Both the position numbers and the translations under genes were made by a program. Of a DNA stretch of 64,000 nucleotides, positions 10,299 through 20,664 are shown piece by piece; within the stretch, counting starts at the first letter, position 1, and every line of letters starts with the position of its first letter. Under the pieces are notes generated by a model. It saw only the letters and a program-made list of their open reading frames with translations. It had not been told where the DNA came from and made no database searches. Source of the DNA: Campylobacteraceae bacterium (GTDB lineage: Bacteria; Campylobacterota; Campylobacteria; Campylobacterales; BB28); the NCBI GenBank assembly GCA_016744535.1, contig JADGEE010000002.1:16674-80673 (forward strand). The letters are read 5' to 3'.

Positions 10299-11699
10299 AT
10301 GGCTAACAGAGCTAAAGAGTATTTAAAAAATTGGATCTCTTATAGAACAAAGAGATATCTTACATTTTTACTTATCACTATAATTTCACTGGGAGTACCT
10401 TTTATTACAATAGACGGTAATCATATATTTTTATTATCGTTTGACCATATGCAAATGCACTTATTAGGTGTATCTTTTGATATGCAAGAGTTATATCTAA
10501 TGCCATTTATATTAATACTTATGTTTTTAGGAATATTTTTCCTTACAACCGTAGGTGGTAGAATTTGGTGTGGTTGGGGCTGTCCTAAGACAATTTTTAG
10601 AGTAATTTATAGGGATTTTATTGAAACAAAACTATTAGGGCTTAGAAAAAATATAAATAATAAGCAGATAGAACCTGATATGTCTAAGCCTATAAATAAA
10701 TTAAAGAAAACAGTCGCTGTACTTATTTGGGCAGTATTAGCACTCATTGCATCATCTAATTTCTTATGGTATTTTGTACCACCTGAAGACTTTTTTTCAT
10801 ATATTCAAAATATAGAAGAGCATACTACTATGCTTATTTTTGGAGCTGTTTTATTTGGATTTCTAATGTATGATACAATTATGTTAAAAGAGGATTTTTG
10901 TGTATATGTGTGTCCTTACTCAAGAGTTCAATCAGTTATGTATGATGATGATACAGTGATGGCAGTTTATGACCCACATAGAGGTGGAACGATTTATAAT
11001 GATGAGAAAGAGAAACTTCATAAAAAGCCACCTAAGGGCGAGGGTGAGTGTACAGGATGTGAAAGCTGTGTAAGAGTTTGTCCAACTCATATTGATATTA
11101 GAAAAGGTTTACAGCTTGAGTGTATAAACTGTTTAGAGTGTGTTGATGCTTGTACAAAAGTTATGGGTTCACTTGAAAAAGAGAGTTTAGTTCAATGGTC
11201 AAGTGATTATGAAATAAATACAAAAAATAAAACTAGATATTTTAGATTTAGAACACTTGGTTATATTGCTGTTTTAACTTTAACTCTAATTGGATTGATT
11301 GCTATGAGTACAACAAAAGAGTATATGTTGCTAAACATAAACAAAACAACTGAACTTTATTCTATTAAAAAAGATAATATAGTTCAAAACTCTTATGTAT
11401 TTTTATTTCAAAATACTGATAATAAAGCCCATAACTATTATTTTGATATAGAAGACAATGACGATATTACTATTTTAAGACCTAAAAATCCTTTTAAATT
11501 AAGTGCTGGAGGAAAAGCTAAAAAGATTGTAATACTTCAAACTAAAAAAGAGTTAGTAAAAGACGATAGAAAAGATACACCAATTACAATTTCAATTAAA
11601 GCTTATGCGGTTGATGAGGCTAAGAGAATTGTAGTCAATAGAGAGACAGTTTTTGTATATCCTAGATATGATTTAATTGAAGCTAAAAATAAAAAGTAA
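10299..11699 (+). CDS. ccoG: cytochrome c oxidase (cbb3) accessory protein CcoG, 4Fe-4S ferredoxin-type
   Basis: CGWGCPKT motif, two ferredoxin clusters (CTGCESCVRVCP and CINCLECVDAC) and N-terminal TM helices. 466 aa. Confidence 0.88.
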   Translation: MANRAKEYLKNWISYRTKRYLTFLLITIISLGVPFITIDGNHIFLLSFDHMQMHLLGVSFDMQELYLMPFILILMFLGIFFLTTVGGRIWCGWGCPKTIFRVIYRDFIETKLLGLRKNINNKQIEPDMSKPINKLKKTVAVLIWAVLALIASSNFLWYFVPPEDFFSYIQNIEEHTTMLIFGAVLFGFLMYDTIMLKEDFCVYVCPYSRVQSVMYDDDTVMAVYDPHRGGTIYNDEKEKLHKKPPKGEGECTGCESCVRVCPTHIDIRKGLQLECINCLECVDACTKVMGSLEKESLVQWSSDYEINTKNKTRYFRFRTLGYIAVLTLTLIGLIAMSTTKEYMLLNINKTTELYSIKKDNIVQNSYVFLFQNTDNKAHNYYFDIEDNDDITILRPKNPFKLSAGGKAKKIVILQTKKELVKDDRKDTPITISIKAYAVDEAKRIVVNRETVFVYPRYDLIEAKNKK

Positions 11700-11716
11700 A
11701 AACAGAGGAATAGTGA

Positions 11717-12880
11717 ATGAAGAGAGTTTTAGTTTTAGGAGGAGGTTTTGCAGGAGTTGAAGCCTCTATATTTTTAAAAAAAGAGGGTTTTGATGTAACT
11801 CTAGTTTCAAATAGAGATTATCTATATATCTATCCAATCTCTATTTGGATTCCAACAAGAGAAGTTAAACCTGAAGATGTAGAGTTATCTTTAACAGAAT
11901 TAAGTCAAACTCATAAATTTGATTTAATAATTGATGAGGTTTCTAAAATAGAGGCTAAAAAAAGAAAAGTTTATTTAAAAAATAGTGATTTAAATTATGA
12001 TTATTTAGTAGTAGCTATTGGAAGTGGAAAAGCAAAACCAAAAGGGAGTGAAAATTTCTTATCAATTTGTGGAGCACCAGAAGAGGCTGTTGGGATAAGA
12101 GCTCAAATTGATGGATTATTACAAAAGAAAAAAGGTAAAATCACTATCGGTTTTGGAGGTAATCCAAAAGATAAGACAGCAATTAGAGGTGGACCTGCTT
12201 TTGAAGTTATGTTTAATATTCATCACTTACTCAAACAAAAAGGAATTAGGAAAAATTTTGAATTGACATTTTTTGCTCCAATGCCAAAACCTGGGGCAAA
12301 AATGGGCGAAAAAGCTCTTAAAATGATGGAAGTATTTTTTACTAAATTAGATATTAAAAAACACTTTGGCAAAAAAATAAAAGAGTTTCAAACTGATGGA
12401 GTTATCTTTGAAGATGATTCAAAATTAGATAGTGATTTTATTATGTTTATCCCTGCAAATGCTGGTCATCCTATTTTAAAAGAATCAGATTTACCATTAA
12501 CAGAGGCTGGATTTATTAAAATTGATGACTATTGTCAAGTTGAGGGTTTTAGTGATGTATTTGCAATTGGAGATGTATCATATATCGAAGGACCAGAGTG
12601 GAGAGCAAAACAGGGACATATTGCCGAAGTTATGGCTAGAAACACAGCTTATAATATCAAATCAATAGAGACAAATAGAGATAAGAAAAAAGGCTATAAA
12701 GAGCATTTAAATATATTGTGTATTATGGATAGTGGAGATGGTGCTGCGTTTGTATATAGAGATACAAAAAGAGGTATGATGATTCCTATGCCTATTGTTG
12801 GACATTGGATTAAAAAACTTTGGGGAAGTTATTATAAATTATCTAAAAGAGGAAAAATCCCAAGAATTTGGGGGTTATAA
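11717..12880 (+). CDS. FAD-dependent pyridine-nucleotide-disulfide oxidoreductase, sulfide:quinone reductase / NDH-2-like
   Basis: N-terminal VLVLGGGFAGVEA dinucleotide fold and a late AIGDV motif. 387 aa. Confidence 0.7.
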   Translation: MKRVLVLGGGFAGVEASIFLKKEGFDVTLVSNRDYLYIYPISIWIPTREVKPEDVELSLTELSQTHKFDLIIDEVSKIEAKKRKVYLKNSDLNYDYLVVAIGSGKAKPKGSENFLSICGAPEEAVGIRAQIDGLLQKKKGKITIGFGGNPKDKTAIRGGPAFEVMFNIHHLLKQKGIRKNFELTFFAPMPKPGAKMGEKALKMMEVFFTKLDIKKHFGKKIKEFQTDGVIFEDDSKLDSDFIMFIPANAGHPILKESDLPLTEAGFIKIDDYCQVEGFSDVFAIGDVSYIEGPEWRAKQGHIAEVMARNTAYNIKSIETNRDKKKGYKEHLNILCIMDSGDGAAFVYRDTKRGMMIPMPIVGHWIKKLWGSYYKLSKRGKIPRIWGL

Positions 12881-12936
12881 ATTTTTTCCTTTTTTTATTA
12901 TTTTATACTTTCTCTAATATTCATAAAAACTAGTTT

Positions 12937-15900
12937 TTATATCGTATAATACAACGCTTCAGGGTGATAACTAATCATTGCTGATGTTGATTGTTCAGGA
13001 ACTATTTGAAAAGTTTCACTTAAATTTATACCAAACTCTTGTGGTCTAAGTAATTCAAAAAGAGGCTTATTTAACTCTAAATCAGGACAAGCAGGATAAC
13101 CAAATGAGTATCTTGAGCCTTGATATGATCTCATTTTAACTTCACTTAAATCTGCACTCTCATCTTTTAAAATATTAAGTTCAATTCTAACTTGTTTATG
13201 AATTATTTCAGCTAATGCTTCAGCTAACTCTACACCTAAACCGTGAACTAAATAATACTCTTTAAATTTTCCAGCTTTAAACAGCTCTTGCTCATATTCA
13301 CTAATTTTTAATCCTGAACTAACTATGCTTAAAGGTAAAATATCGTGTCTATCACCTCTAAAATAATCACTTAAAGCACGATGTGGTTTTTTTCCTTGTC
13401 TTGGGAAAGTTAATATTTTTTCTGCTCTGCCTATTGTCTCACTAAGAGGCTCACTATTATCATTTCCCTCACTTTCATTAAAAATTAATAAAGAATTTTC
13501 ATCCCCCCTACAAGGATAATATCCATAAATTACAGTTGGCTCAAACAAGCCATTTAAAAATTCATCTTTTAATCTTTCATAAGTTGGAATCACTTCATCT
13601 TCAGTAAATTTTTCATACTCTAACTTTTCCATTCCTTTACTTTTAAAACCCCATCTTTGCTTAAATAAAATTTTCTTATTTAACCAATCAAATGCTAGTT
13701 TTTTAATATTTTCATACTTTTTAACCATTTTATCATCGCCAGTATTTGGAGCAACAAAAACTCTTCTACCAAAAAATGCTGGAGTTGGAATCTCTATTTT
13801 TTTAGGCATTTTAATTTCACTAATTGGAGGAATTATTATCTCTTTTTTCTTTACCATCTCTTTTGGTTTTTGAGTTTTATCATCTCCTAAATTAGTATCT
13901 AAATTTCCCTTTTCAATTCGTCCCATTGCTGTAATTCCATCAAAAGCATCTTTACAGTAGAAAATAGCACCATCATAATTTGGTCGGCAAAAATCATCTA
14001 TAAATTTCTTAGTTAAAGCAGCCCCACCTAAGAGTACAGGTATGTTGATATCTCTATTTTTTAACTCTTGTAGATTCTCTTGCATAACAGAAGTTGATTT
14101 AACTAAAAGTCCACTCATTCCAATCGCATTAATATTATTCTCTTTTATTGTTTTTATAAACTCTTCTATATCTGCTTTAATTCCAATGTTTATAACTTTA
14201 AAACCATTATTACTTAAAATTATATCAACTAAATTTTTACCAACATCGTGAACATCACCTTTAACAGTTCCTAAAACTAAAGTTGTTTCAGTTATTTTAT
14301 CTTGTTTTGGTAAAAATGGATTAAGAAAATCAACTGAACTTTTCATAACTTCAGCTGATTGAAGTACAAAAGGAAGTTGCATTTTTCCACTTCCAAAAAG
14401 TTCCCCTATAACTTTCATTCCATCAAGTAAAATCTCATTTACAATTTTTTCAGGGACTAATTCATCTTTTGCACTCTCTAAAAGTTTTAACATACCCTCT
14501 TTATCACCATCAAGTAGAAGTTTTTTAATCTTCTCATCAGTAAAAAGCTTATTAAATTCATCATTACTTATATCCTCTTTTTTCTCTACATTAGAAAAAT
14601 AATCAATAAATTTAAAGAGAGGATCGCCATCTTTTCGGCGATTAAATATTAAATTTTCACATATTTTTTTATCTTCATCACTTAATTTAAAGTATGGAAT
14701 AATATGTTTTACATTTACAATTGACATCGTCAAACCAGCCTCAATACAATGATGTAAAAATACAGAATTTAGATAAATTCTTGCATTTTTATGTAATCCA
14801 AAAGAGACATTTGAAAGCCCTAAAACTGCCCCTACATCAGGGTAATTTGTTCTCAACTCTCTAATAGCTTCAATAGTTTCAATAGCAGATGTAAAATACT
14901 CTTCATCTCCACTTCCAACTGTAAAAGTTAATAAATCAAAAACTAAATCTTCACCTTTTAATTTATTTATTTTTGTAGCTCTTTCGTACATTCGTTTTGC
15001 TATTGCTACTTTTCTCTCTTTTGTTTTTGCCATTCCCTTTTCGTCAATGGCAAGGCACACTAAACTCGCACCATATCTTTTAGCTAAAGTACAAATTTTA
15101 TCAAATTTATCTTCACCATCTTCAAGATTAGCGGAATTTATAATAGCTTTTCCTCCAATGTGTTGAAGTGCAACTTCAAGTGAGCCAACTTGTGTTGAAT
15201 CAGCCATTAATGGAATAGCTACTTTCTGATTATAGATACTTACAACTTTTGCCATATCAACTCGCTCATCTCTTCCTGCAAATCCCACACTTATATCGAT
15301 TCCGTGAGCTCCTGCTTTTACTTGTTGTTGAGCTACACTTAGAGTTCCCTCAAAATTCTCTGCAATTAAAAGATTTTTAAAAGCTCTTGAACCTGTTGCA
15401 TTACTTCTCTCTCCCATTAAAAATGGAGCTGGTTCTTGTTTTAAAGGGGTTGTATTAAACAAAGATGCAATTGAAGTTATATGACCTCCTTTTGCTAAAA
15501 GTGGTTTTAAGCCTTTAACTGCTTCACTTAAAGCTTTAATATGAGCAGGAGTTGTACCACAACACCCACCTAAAAATGAAACTCCATTAATAGCACAAAA
15601 ATCTTTTTCTAATTTAGCAAATTCATTTGGTTGCATTGGATAATATGTATGTCCACCTTTATTTTCAGGAAGACCAGCATTTGAGTGTATTGAAATTGGT
15701 TTATGCCAAACTTGCGACAAAGTTTGAATATGTTTTTTCACTTCAATAGGACCAGTTCCACAATTAAAACCTAACGAGACAATATTAAAAGGTTCTAATA
15801 TAGTTGCAATTGTAGAAGCATCCGTTCCAATTAACATAGTTCCACTAAGTTCTATTGTAACAGATACCATAATAGGAATATCAACACTAGCCTCTTTACA

Positions 15901-16407
15901 AGAGTCCTCTATTGCGTGAAGTCCTGCTTTAATTTGCAGTGGGTCTTGTGCAGTCTCTAGTAAAAAAATATCCACACCAGCTTCAAGCATAGCTTTTGCA
16001 GTAATTTTATAACCACTATACATTGTTGTGTAATTGATATGTCCAAGTGATGGTAATTTCGTTCCAGGTCCTATCGCCCCTGCTACAAATTTATTTTTAT
16101 ACTCACTTGTTACCTCTTTAGCTAACTTTACGCCATTATAAGCTAACTCGTGAGTTTTGCTTAAAATATCATAATCCTCAAGTACCCAAGGAATAGCTCC
16201 AAAAGTATTTGTTTTAATTATATCAGCACCTACATTTAAATATTCTCTATGAATATTTTTTATAATTTCTGGTGTACTTGAATTTAATATCTCATTACAA
16301 CCAATATTTCCTTCCCAATCCTCATTTTTTATATCAGCTTCTTGAATTTGAGTTCCCATTGCTCCATCAAGAATTAAAAATTTCTCTTTTATTAACTTTT
16401 CAATCAT
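12937..16407 (-). CDS. metH: cobalamin-dependent methionine synthase
   Basis: 1156 aa with the full four-module layout: Hcy-binding (GGCCGTTP), pterin-binding, B12-binding (GDVHDVGKN) and an AdoMet activation domain. Confidence 0.96.
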   Translation of the reverse strand: MIEKLIKEKFLILDGAMGTQIQEADIKNEDWEGNIGCNEILNSSTPEIIKNIHREYLNVGADIIKTNTFGAIPWVLEDYDILSKTHELAYNGVKLAKEVTSEYKNKFVAGAIGPGTKLPSLGHINYTTMYSGYKITAKAMLEAGVDIFLLETAQDPLQIKAGLHAIEDSCKEASVDIPIMVSVTIELSGTMLIGTDASTIATILEPFNIVSLGFNCGTGPIEVKKHIQTLSQVWHKPISIHSNAGLPENKGGHTYYPMQPNEFAKLEKDFCAINGVSFLGGCCGTTPAHIKALSEAVKGLKPLLAKGGHITSIASLFNTTPLKQEPAPFLMGERSNATGSRAFKNLLIAENFEGTLSVAQQQVKAGAHGIDISVGFAGRDERVDMAKVVSIYNQKVAIPLMADSTQVGSLEVALQHIGGKAIINSANLEDGEDKFDKICTLAKRYGASLVCLAIDEKGMAKTKERKVAIAKRMYERATKINKLKGEDLVFDLLTFTVGSGDEEYFTSAIETIEAIRELRTNYPDVGAVLGLSNVSFGLHKNARIYLNSVFLHHCIEAGLTMSIVNVKHIIPYFKLSDEDKKICENLIFNRRKDGDPLFKFIDYFSNVEKKEDISNDEFNKLFTDEKIKKLLLDGDKEGMLKLLESAKDELVPEKIVNEILLDGMKVIGELFGSGKMQLPFVLQSAEVMKSSVDFLNPFLPKQDKITETTLVLGTVKGDVHDVGKNLVDIILSNNGFKVINIGIKADIEEFIKTIKENNINAIGMSGLLVKSTSVMQENLQELKNRDINIPVLLGGAALTKKFIDDFCRPNYDGAIFYCKDAFDGITAMGRIEKGNLDTNLGDDKTQKPKEMVKKKEIIIPPISEIKMPKKIEIPTPAFFGRRVFVAPNTGDDKMVKKYENIKKLAFDWLNKKILFKQRWGFKSKGMEKLEYEKFTEDEVIPTYERLKDEFLNGLFEPTVIYGYYPCRGDENSLLIFNESEGNDNSEPLSETIGRAEKILTFPRQGKKPHRALSDYFRGDRHDILPLSIVSSGLKISEYEQELFKAGKFKEYYLVHGLGVELAEALAEIIHKQVRIELNILKDESADLSEVKMRSYQGSRYSFGYPACPDLELNKPLFELLRPQEFGINLSETFQIVPEQSTSAMISYHPEALYYTI

Positions 16408-16512
16408 AATATACCTTGGATTTTATTTGATTTTATAATACCAAAAAGAGTTTTAAAAATATAAGAACTTATTAAATAATTTATCATAAGTTTTTATATT
16501 TTATTTTATTTT

Positions 16513-16530
16513 AATATACTTAAGTATATT
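16513..16530. promoter_or_regulatory. 18-bp perfect palindrome, putative TetR operator
   Basis: AATATACTTAAGTATATT equals its own reverse complement. It lies 36 nt upstream of the TetR ATG (16566) and contains or abuts TATACT -10-like hexamers. Confidence 0.55.
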
Positions 16531-16565
16531 ATTATACTCTAGTCAATATTTAAAGGAGTATAATT

Positions 16566-17165
16566 ATGGCAACACAAGAAGAGAGAAAAAAAAGAACTAG
16601 AGATAAATTAATAAATTCAGCTAGAAATTTATTTGAATCTAAAGGCTTTGAAGCAACATTAATTGATAATATTATTAAATTAGCAAATGTTGCAAAGGGA
16701 ACATTTTATCAACACTTTAATACAAAGCTTGAGATATTAATGGCAATAGAGAGAGAATCAAATAGTGAAATAACACTTAAAGCATTAAAATCTATCTCTA
16801 ATGGCAAATCAGCTTTAAAAGTGCTAGATGAGTATTTAGAATCACTTGGTAATTGGTTTGAAAAAAGAGAAAAAATCGCTGAAGCTATGGTAATTCACAG
16901 TTTAACTAGAGATAGAGATAAAAATGATGAATCTCCTCTCTCTTCAAGTAGAGGATTTATTTATAATGTTTTAACATCAGCTAAAAAACAAAAATTAATA
17001 AGAGATGATATTGATTTATGGGAATTAGCAGACATGATAGGAGGCTTTATAATAGTCTCTGTACTTAAATGGATTAAAAAACCTCAACCTAATCAATTAG
17101 ATGAAATATTAAAACGATTACTTAAAATACTATTACAAGGTATTCAAAACAAGGATAATTTATGA
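16566..17165 (+). CDS. TetR/AcrR-family transcriptional regulator
   Basis: N-terminal HTH LINSARNLFESKGFEATLIDNIIKLANVAKGTFYQHF. The stop overlaps the next ATG (ATGA at 17162-17165). Confidence 0.9.
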   Translation: MATQEERKKRTRDKLINSARNLFESKGFEATLIDNIIKLANVAKGTFYQHFNTKLEILMAIERESNSEITLKALKSISNGKSALKVLDEYLESLGNWFEKREKIAEAMVIHSLTRDRDKNDESPLSSSRGFIYNVLTSAKKQKLIRDDIDLWELADMIGGFIIVSVLKWIKKPQPNQLDEILKRLLKILLQGIQNKDNL

Positions 17166-19783
17166 TAAAAAATATATTTACTTGGAATCAAATTTATAAT
17201 AGTGATATAAAAATTCAAAAATTTGGCGGTAAAGGTTATAATCTTTCAAAGTTAAATTATTTTGGTTTTAATGTTCCAAATGGTGGCGTGTTAAATAGTG
17301 ATATTTACAAACAAATAGTAAATAGAGAAGATATATTAATTTTAATTAAAAAAGTTCAAAAAAATTTGAATGATTTACTCTTAAAAGAGATTCGTGGAAA
17401 ATTTTTTGAAATTAAATTAAATAAAAATATCTTAGAAGAGTTAAAAATTTTTTTAAAAGAGAATAAATTATCAAATATACCATTAGCTATTCGCTCAAGT
17501 GCTACGCTAGAAGATAGCAAAAATAGCTCTTTTGCAGGAATTCACGAGAGTTATTTAAATATTAACTCTTTAGAAGAGATAGAATACTCTATTCTTAACT
17601 GTTTTGCTTCATTATGGACAATGAGGGCTGTATCATATCGTAGAAAGTTAAATATAGATGATTTAGAGTTAAATTGTGCTGTTGTAATTATGCAAATGAT
17701 AAATGCAAAATCTTCTGGAATTGCTTTTTCTTGTGAGCCTATTAGTGCAAGGCAAGATTTAACGATTATAAATACAAATTTTGGTTTAGGTGAATCTGTT
17801 GTTAATGGAGTGATAGAGCCAGATGAGTATAAAGTAAACTCTCATAACTTAAAATTAGAAAATATAAAAATTGGAAGTAAATTAAAATATAGCGATATTA
17901 ATAAAGATAATGGGACTTATTTAAAAGACTCATCTAATAACAAAAATAGACAAGTATTAAATGAGAAGCAAATTAAAATATTAACAATGCAAGTCCAAAT
18001 AGTTTTTTGGGTTCTAGGAGATGGAAAAGTACATCAAGATATTGAGTGGGTATTTGATGGAGAAGAGTTTTTTTTACTACAAGCAAGACCTGTAACTGTA
18101 TTAAAGCCTCCTGTATTAAATATATTTAAAAATCAACAAGAGGTATGGAGTAATGGTAATTTTCGTGATGCTGCACCAATGGTTCAACACACTTTAGGTA
18201 CTAGCATATTTTCATACCACATAAATGCTATTTTAAAAGCTCCCTTTAAATCATTTGGATATAAATTATCTAATGGGTTGAATTTTGTAAAATTATATAA
18301 AGGCAGGGCATATTTAAATATTTCACTTTTGCAATGGATTTATTTTGACGCAACAGGTTTTTTACCATCTGCGACAAATAAGACAATAGGAGGACATCAA
18401 AGTGAAATTACTATTGATAAAATTTTTTTAGGGGGTATAAATAAAAAGTTAAAAAGAGTGTGGCGTTTAATAAAAATGATGAGAATAATAAAAAAGTATA
18501 AAAAGTTAGCTTTAAATAGAGAATTAAAAGAGATTAAATTTGCTAAAGAGATATTAAATATAAAGCTAGATACTTTAAGCAATAAAGAACTTAGTGAAAA
18601 AATAAAATTATGTGATAGTGAAATAACTAATTATGCTCTTACTTTTGCTGTTCAATCTTCAATGTCAGGCACAATAACTGCACTATCTGATTTGCTTGAA
18701 AAATATTTACCAAATGAGGGAGATTCAATTGCTAATTCATTACTATCAGGTGCAGGTAATATAACAAGTGCAAATCACGGCTATGAACTTCAAAAAATTA
18801 TAAATATAGCTAAATCAGATATTGATGCTGAATCTTTTTTTAATAACACAACATCTTCAACTAAATATTTGCAAAATTTACCTAATTCATCATCATTTAA
18901 AAAGGCTTTTAACTATTTTATTGATAAATATGGTCATAGAGGTATATATGAGGGAGATCTTAGTTATCCAAGATGGAGAGAAGATTCAAGCTTTTTATTA
19001 AATATAATTAAAGAGAATATTGCAAATATAAACCCATTAAAAAAAGATAAACAACAACAAAAGAAAACAGAAAAGTTATGGATTAAAATTAAAAAAGCTG
19101 TACCTTTTTATTTGCAACCGATGGTTAAATCACTTTTAAAACAATCAATTGAGGGAGCCGAGCTTAGAGAGATGGCAAAATCAACTTTTATTAGATTGCT
19201 TGAGCCTAGCCGTTATTTATTGTTAGAAGCTGGAGAGAGATTTCAATCTTTAGAATTATTAGAAAATAGAAATGATATTTTTCATTGTGCTTATGTTGAG
19301 ATAATCTCTATACTTAGTGGTAATTGGAGTGCTAAAGGATTAAAAGAGTTAGTTAATTCTCGTAAAAAGCAAAAAGAAGAGTTAGAAAAGTTATCAGCAG
19401 TAGACTTAATTATAGATGATAAGCCACTCTATTCAAGCCCAATAATTTCAAATAAAAACAGTAAAATAAAAGGCTTGGGAGTATCTTCAGGAAGTGCCAA
19501 AGGAGTTGCTAAAATTGTACATAATCCACAAGATGGTATCTCTTTAAAACAAGGTGATATATTAGTAGCACCATCTACTGATCCAGCTTGGACTCCACTC
19601 TTTTTAAATGTTTCTGCTATTGTAATGGAGACAGGAGGACAACTCTCTCACGGGGCGATTGTTGCTCGTGAGTATGGAATACCAGCTGTAGTAAATGTTA
19701 AGGGATTATTTAATATTATAAAAGATGGTGAAAGCATTATTGTTAATGGTGATAATGGAGATATTGAAAAAATAGGAGATTAA
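17162..19783 (+). CDS. PEP-utilising phosphotransferase with rifampin-phosphotransferase (RPH)-type architecture
   Basis: N-terminal PPDK_N/ATP-grasp motifs (FGGKGYNLSKL, IRSSATLEDSKNSSFAGIHESY). The swivel His domain sits at the extreme C-terminus (GGQLSHGAIVAREYGIPAV). There is no PEP/pyruvate TIM-barrel domain after it. 873 aa. Confidence 0.75.
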   Translation: MIKNIFTWNQIYNSDIKIQKFGGKGYNLSKLNYFGFNVPNGGVLNSDIYKQIVNREDILILIKKVQKNLNDLLLKEIRGKFFEIKLNKNILEELKIFLKENKLSNIPLAIRSSATLEDSKNSSFAGIHESYLNINSLEEIEYSILNCFASLWTMRAVSYRRKLNIDDLELNCAVVIMQMINAKSSGIAFSCEPISARQDLTIINTNFGLGESVVNGVIEPDEYKVNSHNLKLENIKIGSKLKYSDINKDNGTYLKDSSNNKNRQVLNEKQIKILTMQVQIVFWVLGDGKVHQDIEWVFDGEEFFLLQARPVTVLKPPVLNIFKNQQEVWSNGNFRDAAPMVQHTLGTSIFSYHINAILKAPFKSFGYKLSNGLNFVKLYKGRAYLNISLLQWIYFDATGFLPSATNKTIGGHQSEITIDKIFLGGINKKLKRVWRLIKMMRIIKKYKKLALNRELKEIKFAKEILNIKLDTLSNKELSEKIKLCDSEITNYALTFAVQSSMSGTITALSDLLEKYLPNEGDSIANSLLSGAGNITSANHGYELQKIINIAKSDIDAESFFNNTTSSTKYLQNLPNSSSFKKAFNYFIDKYGHRGIYEGDLSYPRWREDSSFLLNIIKENIANINPLKKDKQQQKKTEKLWIKIKKAVPFYLQPMVKSLLKQSIEGAELREMAKSTFIRLLEPSRYLLLEAGERFQSLELLENRNDIFHCAYVEIISILSGNWSAKGLKELVNSRKKQKEELEKLSAVDLIIDDKPLYSSPIISNKNSKIKGLGVSSGSAKGVAKIVHNPQDGISLKQGDILVAPSTDPAWTPLFLNVSAIVMETGGQLSHGAIVAREYGIPAVVNVKGLFNIIKDGESIIVNGDNGDIEKIGD

Positions 19784-20185
19784 ATGCAAAATAACTTTTT
19801 AAATGCTACTGTAATATTTCCAGTAAAAAATGTAAAAGAGACAGTTAAATTTTATAATGAAAAACTTGGTTTTGAAATTAATGGTGTGTGGGAAAATCCA
19901 ATAGATAATTCAGTTTATGGTTCAGTTAAGAGAGATAATATTTATATAGAGTTTGGAGAAAACCGTAAAGAGTTTGTAGGCAGTGGAACTTGTTTAATCC
20001 TTGTAGAAAATGCTAATGATATTTATGAAGAGTTACAAAATAAAAATATTGAATTTATAGGTGATTTTGCTAATAGAGATTATGGAAACAGAGATTTTCG
20101 TATTAAAGATAATAATGGAAATACTCTTATTATAGGAGAATCTTTAAAAAACAAAGAAGAGTTATTAAAAAATAGTAAAATTTAA
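19784..20185 (+). CDS. VOC-family protein (glyoxalase / bleomycin-resistance fold)
   Basis: 133 aa with VFPVKNVKETVKFYNEKLGFEI ... FRIKDNNGNTLIIGE. The ATG immediately follows the upstream TAA. Confidence 0.8.
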   Translation: MQNNFLNATVIFPVKNVKETVKFYNEKLGFEINGVWENPIDNSVYGSVKRDNIYIEFGENRKEFVGSGTCLILVENANDIYEELQNKNIEFIGDFANRDYGNRDFRIKDNNGNTLIIGESLKNKEELLKNSKI

Positions 20186-20202
20186 TCATAAGGAGATAAA
20201 AA

Positions 20203-20562
20203 ATGATAACTAAAAAACAAGCTTTAGAATTTGCAAATGATTGGATAAAAGCGTGGAATGCTCATGATTTAGAAAAAATAATTTCACATTATGATGAAAA
20301 TATAGAGTATTATAGTATGTTTTTAACAAAATTATCAGATAATAAATCTGGTAAAATAGTAGGGAAAAAGAGCGTTAAAAAGTATTTAAAAAAAGGCTTA
20401 AAAGCTTATCCAAACTTATATTTTAAATTAGAAAATGTATATTTTGGTATCTCAACTATTGTTATACAATATATTAGTGTTAATAATTTAAAAGCATCAG
20501 AGATATTTGAAATTGGTAAAAATGCTAAGGCCATAAAAGTTCAGTGTAATTATAATGATTAA
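20203..20562 (+). CDS. NTF2-like / SnoaL-like family protein
   Basis: 119 aa. ALEFANDWIKAWNAHDLEKIISHYDENIEY is typical of the SnoaL_2/DUF4440 N-terminus. Confidence 0.65.
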   Translation: MITKKQALEFANDWIKAWNAHDLEKIISHYDENIEYYSMFLTKLSDNKSGKIVGKKSVKKYLKKGLKAYPNLYFKLENVYFGISTIVIQYISVNNLKASEIFEIGKNAKAIKVQCNYND

Positions 20563-20664
20563 AATAGTAAAAAAGAAGATAGAAAGAAAATAGAAAAACT
20601 ATTAGCAATCTTTGTAAAAAATATATTTATTCAAACTAGTGATAAAAAAGTTAAAAAGGAGTTG

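Noticed and set aside
13501-13510. Homopolymeric C6 (metH) and T6G5 (60845-60856, small lipoprotein ORF) tracts as phase-variation switches
   Set aside because: The tracts are shorter than the 8 or more G/C residues typical of Campylobacterota contingency loci. The metH tract lies in an essential, intact ORF.
17162-19783. Annotation as phosphoenolpyruvate synthase (PpsA)
   Set aside because: The His swivel domain is at the very C-terminus and no PEP/pyruvate-binding TIM-barrel domain follows it. A ~450-aa non-PpsA middle region is present. The architecture fits RPH-type phosphotransferases better.
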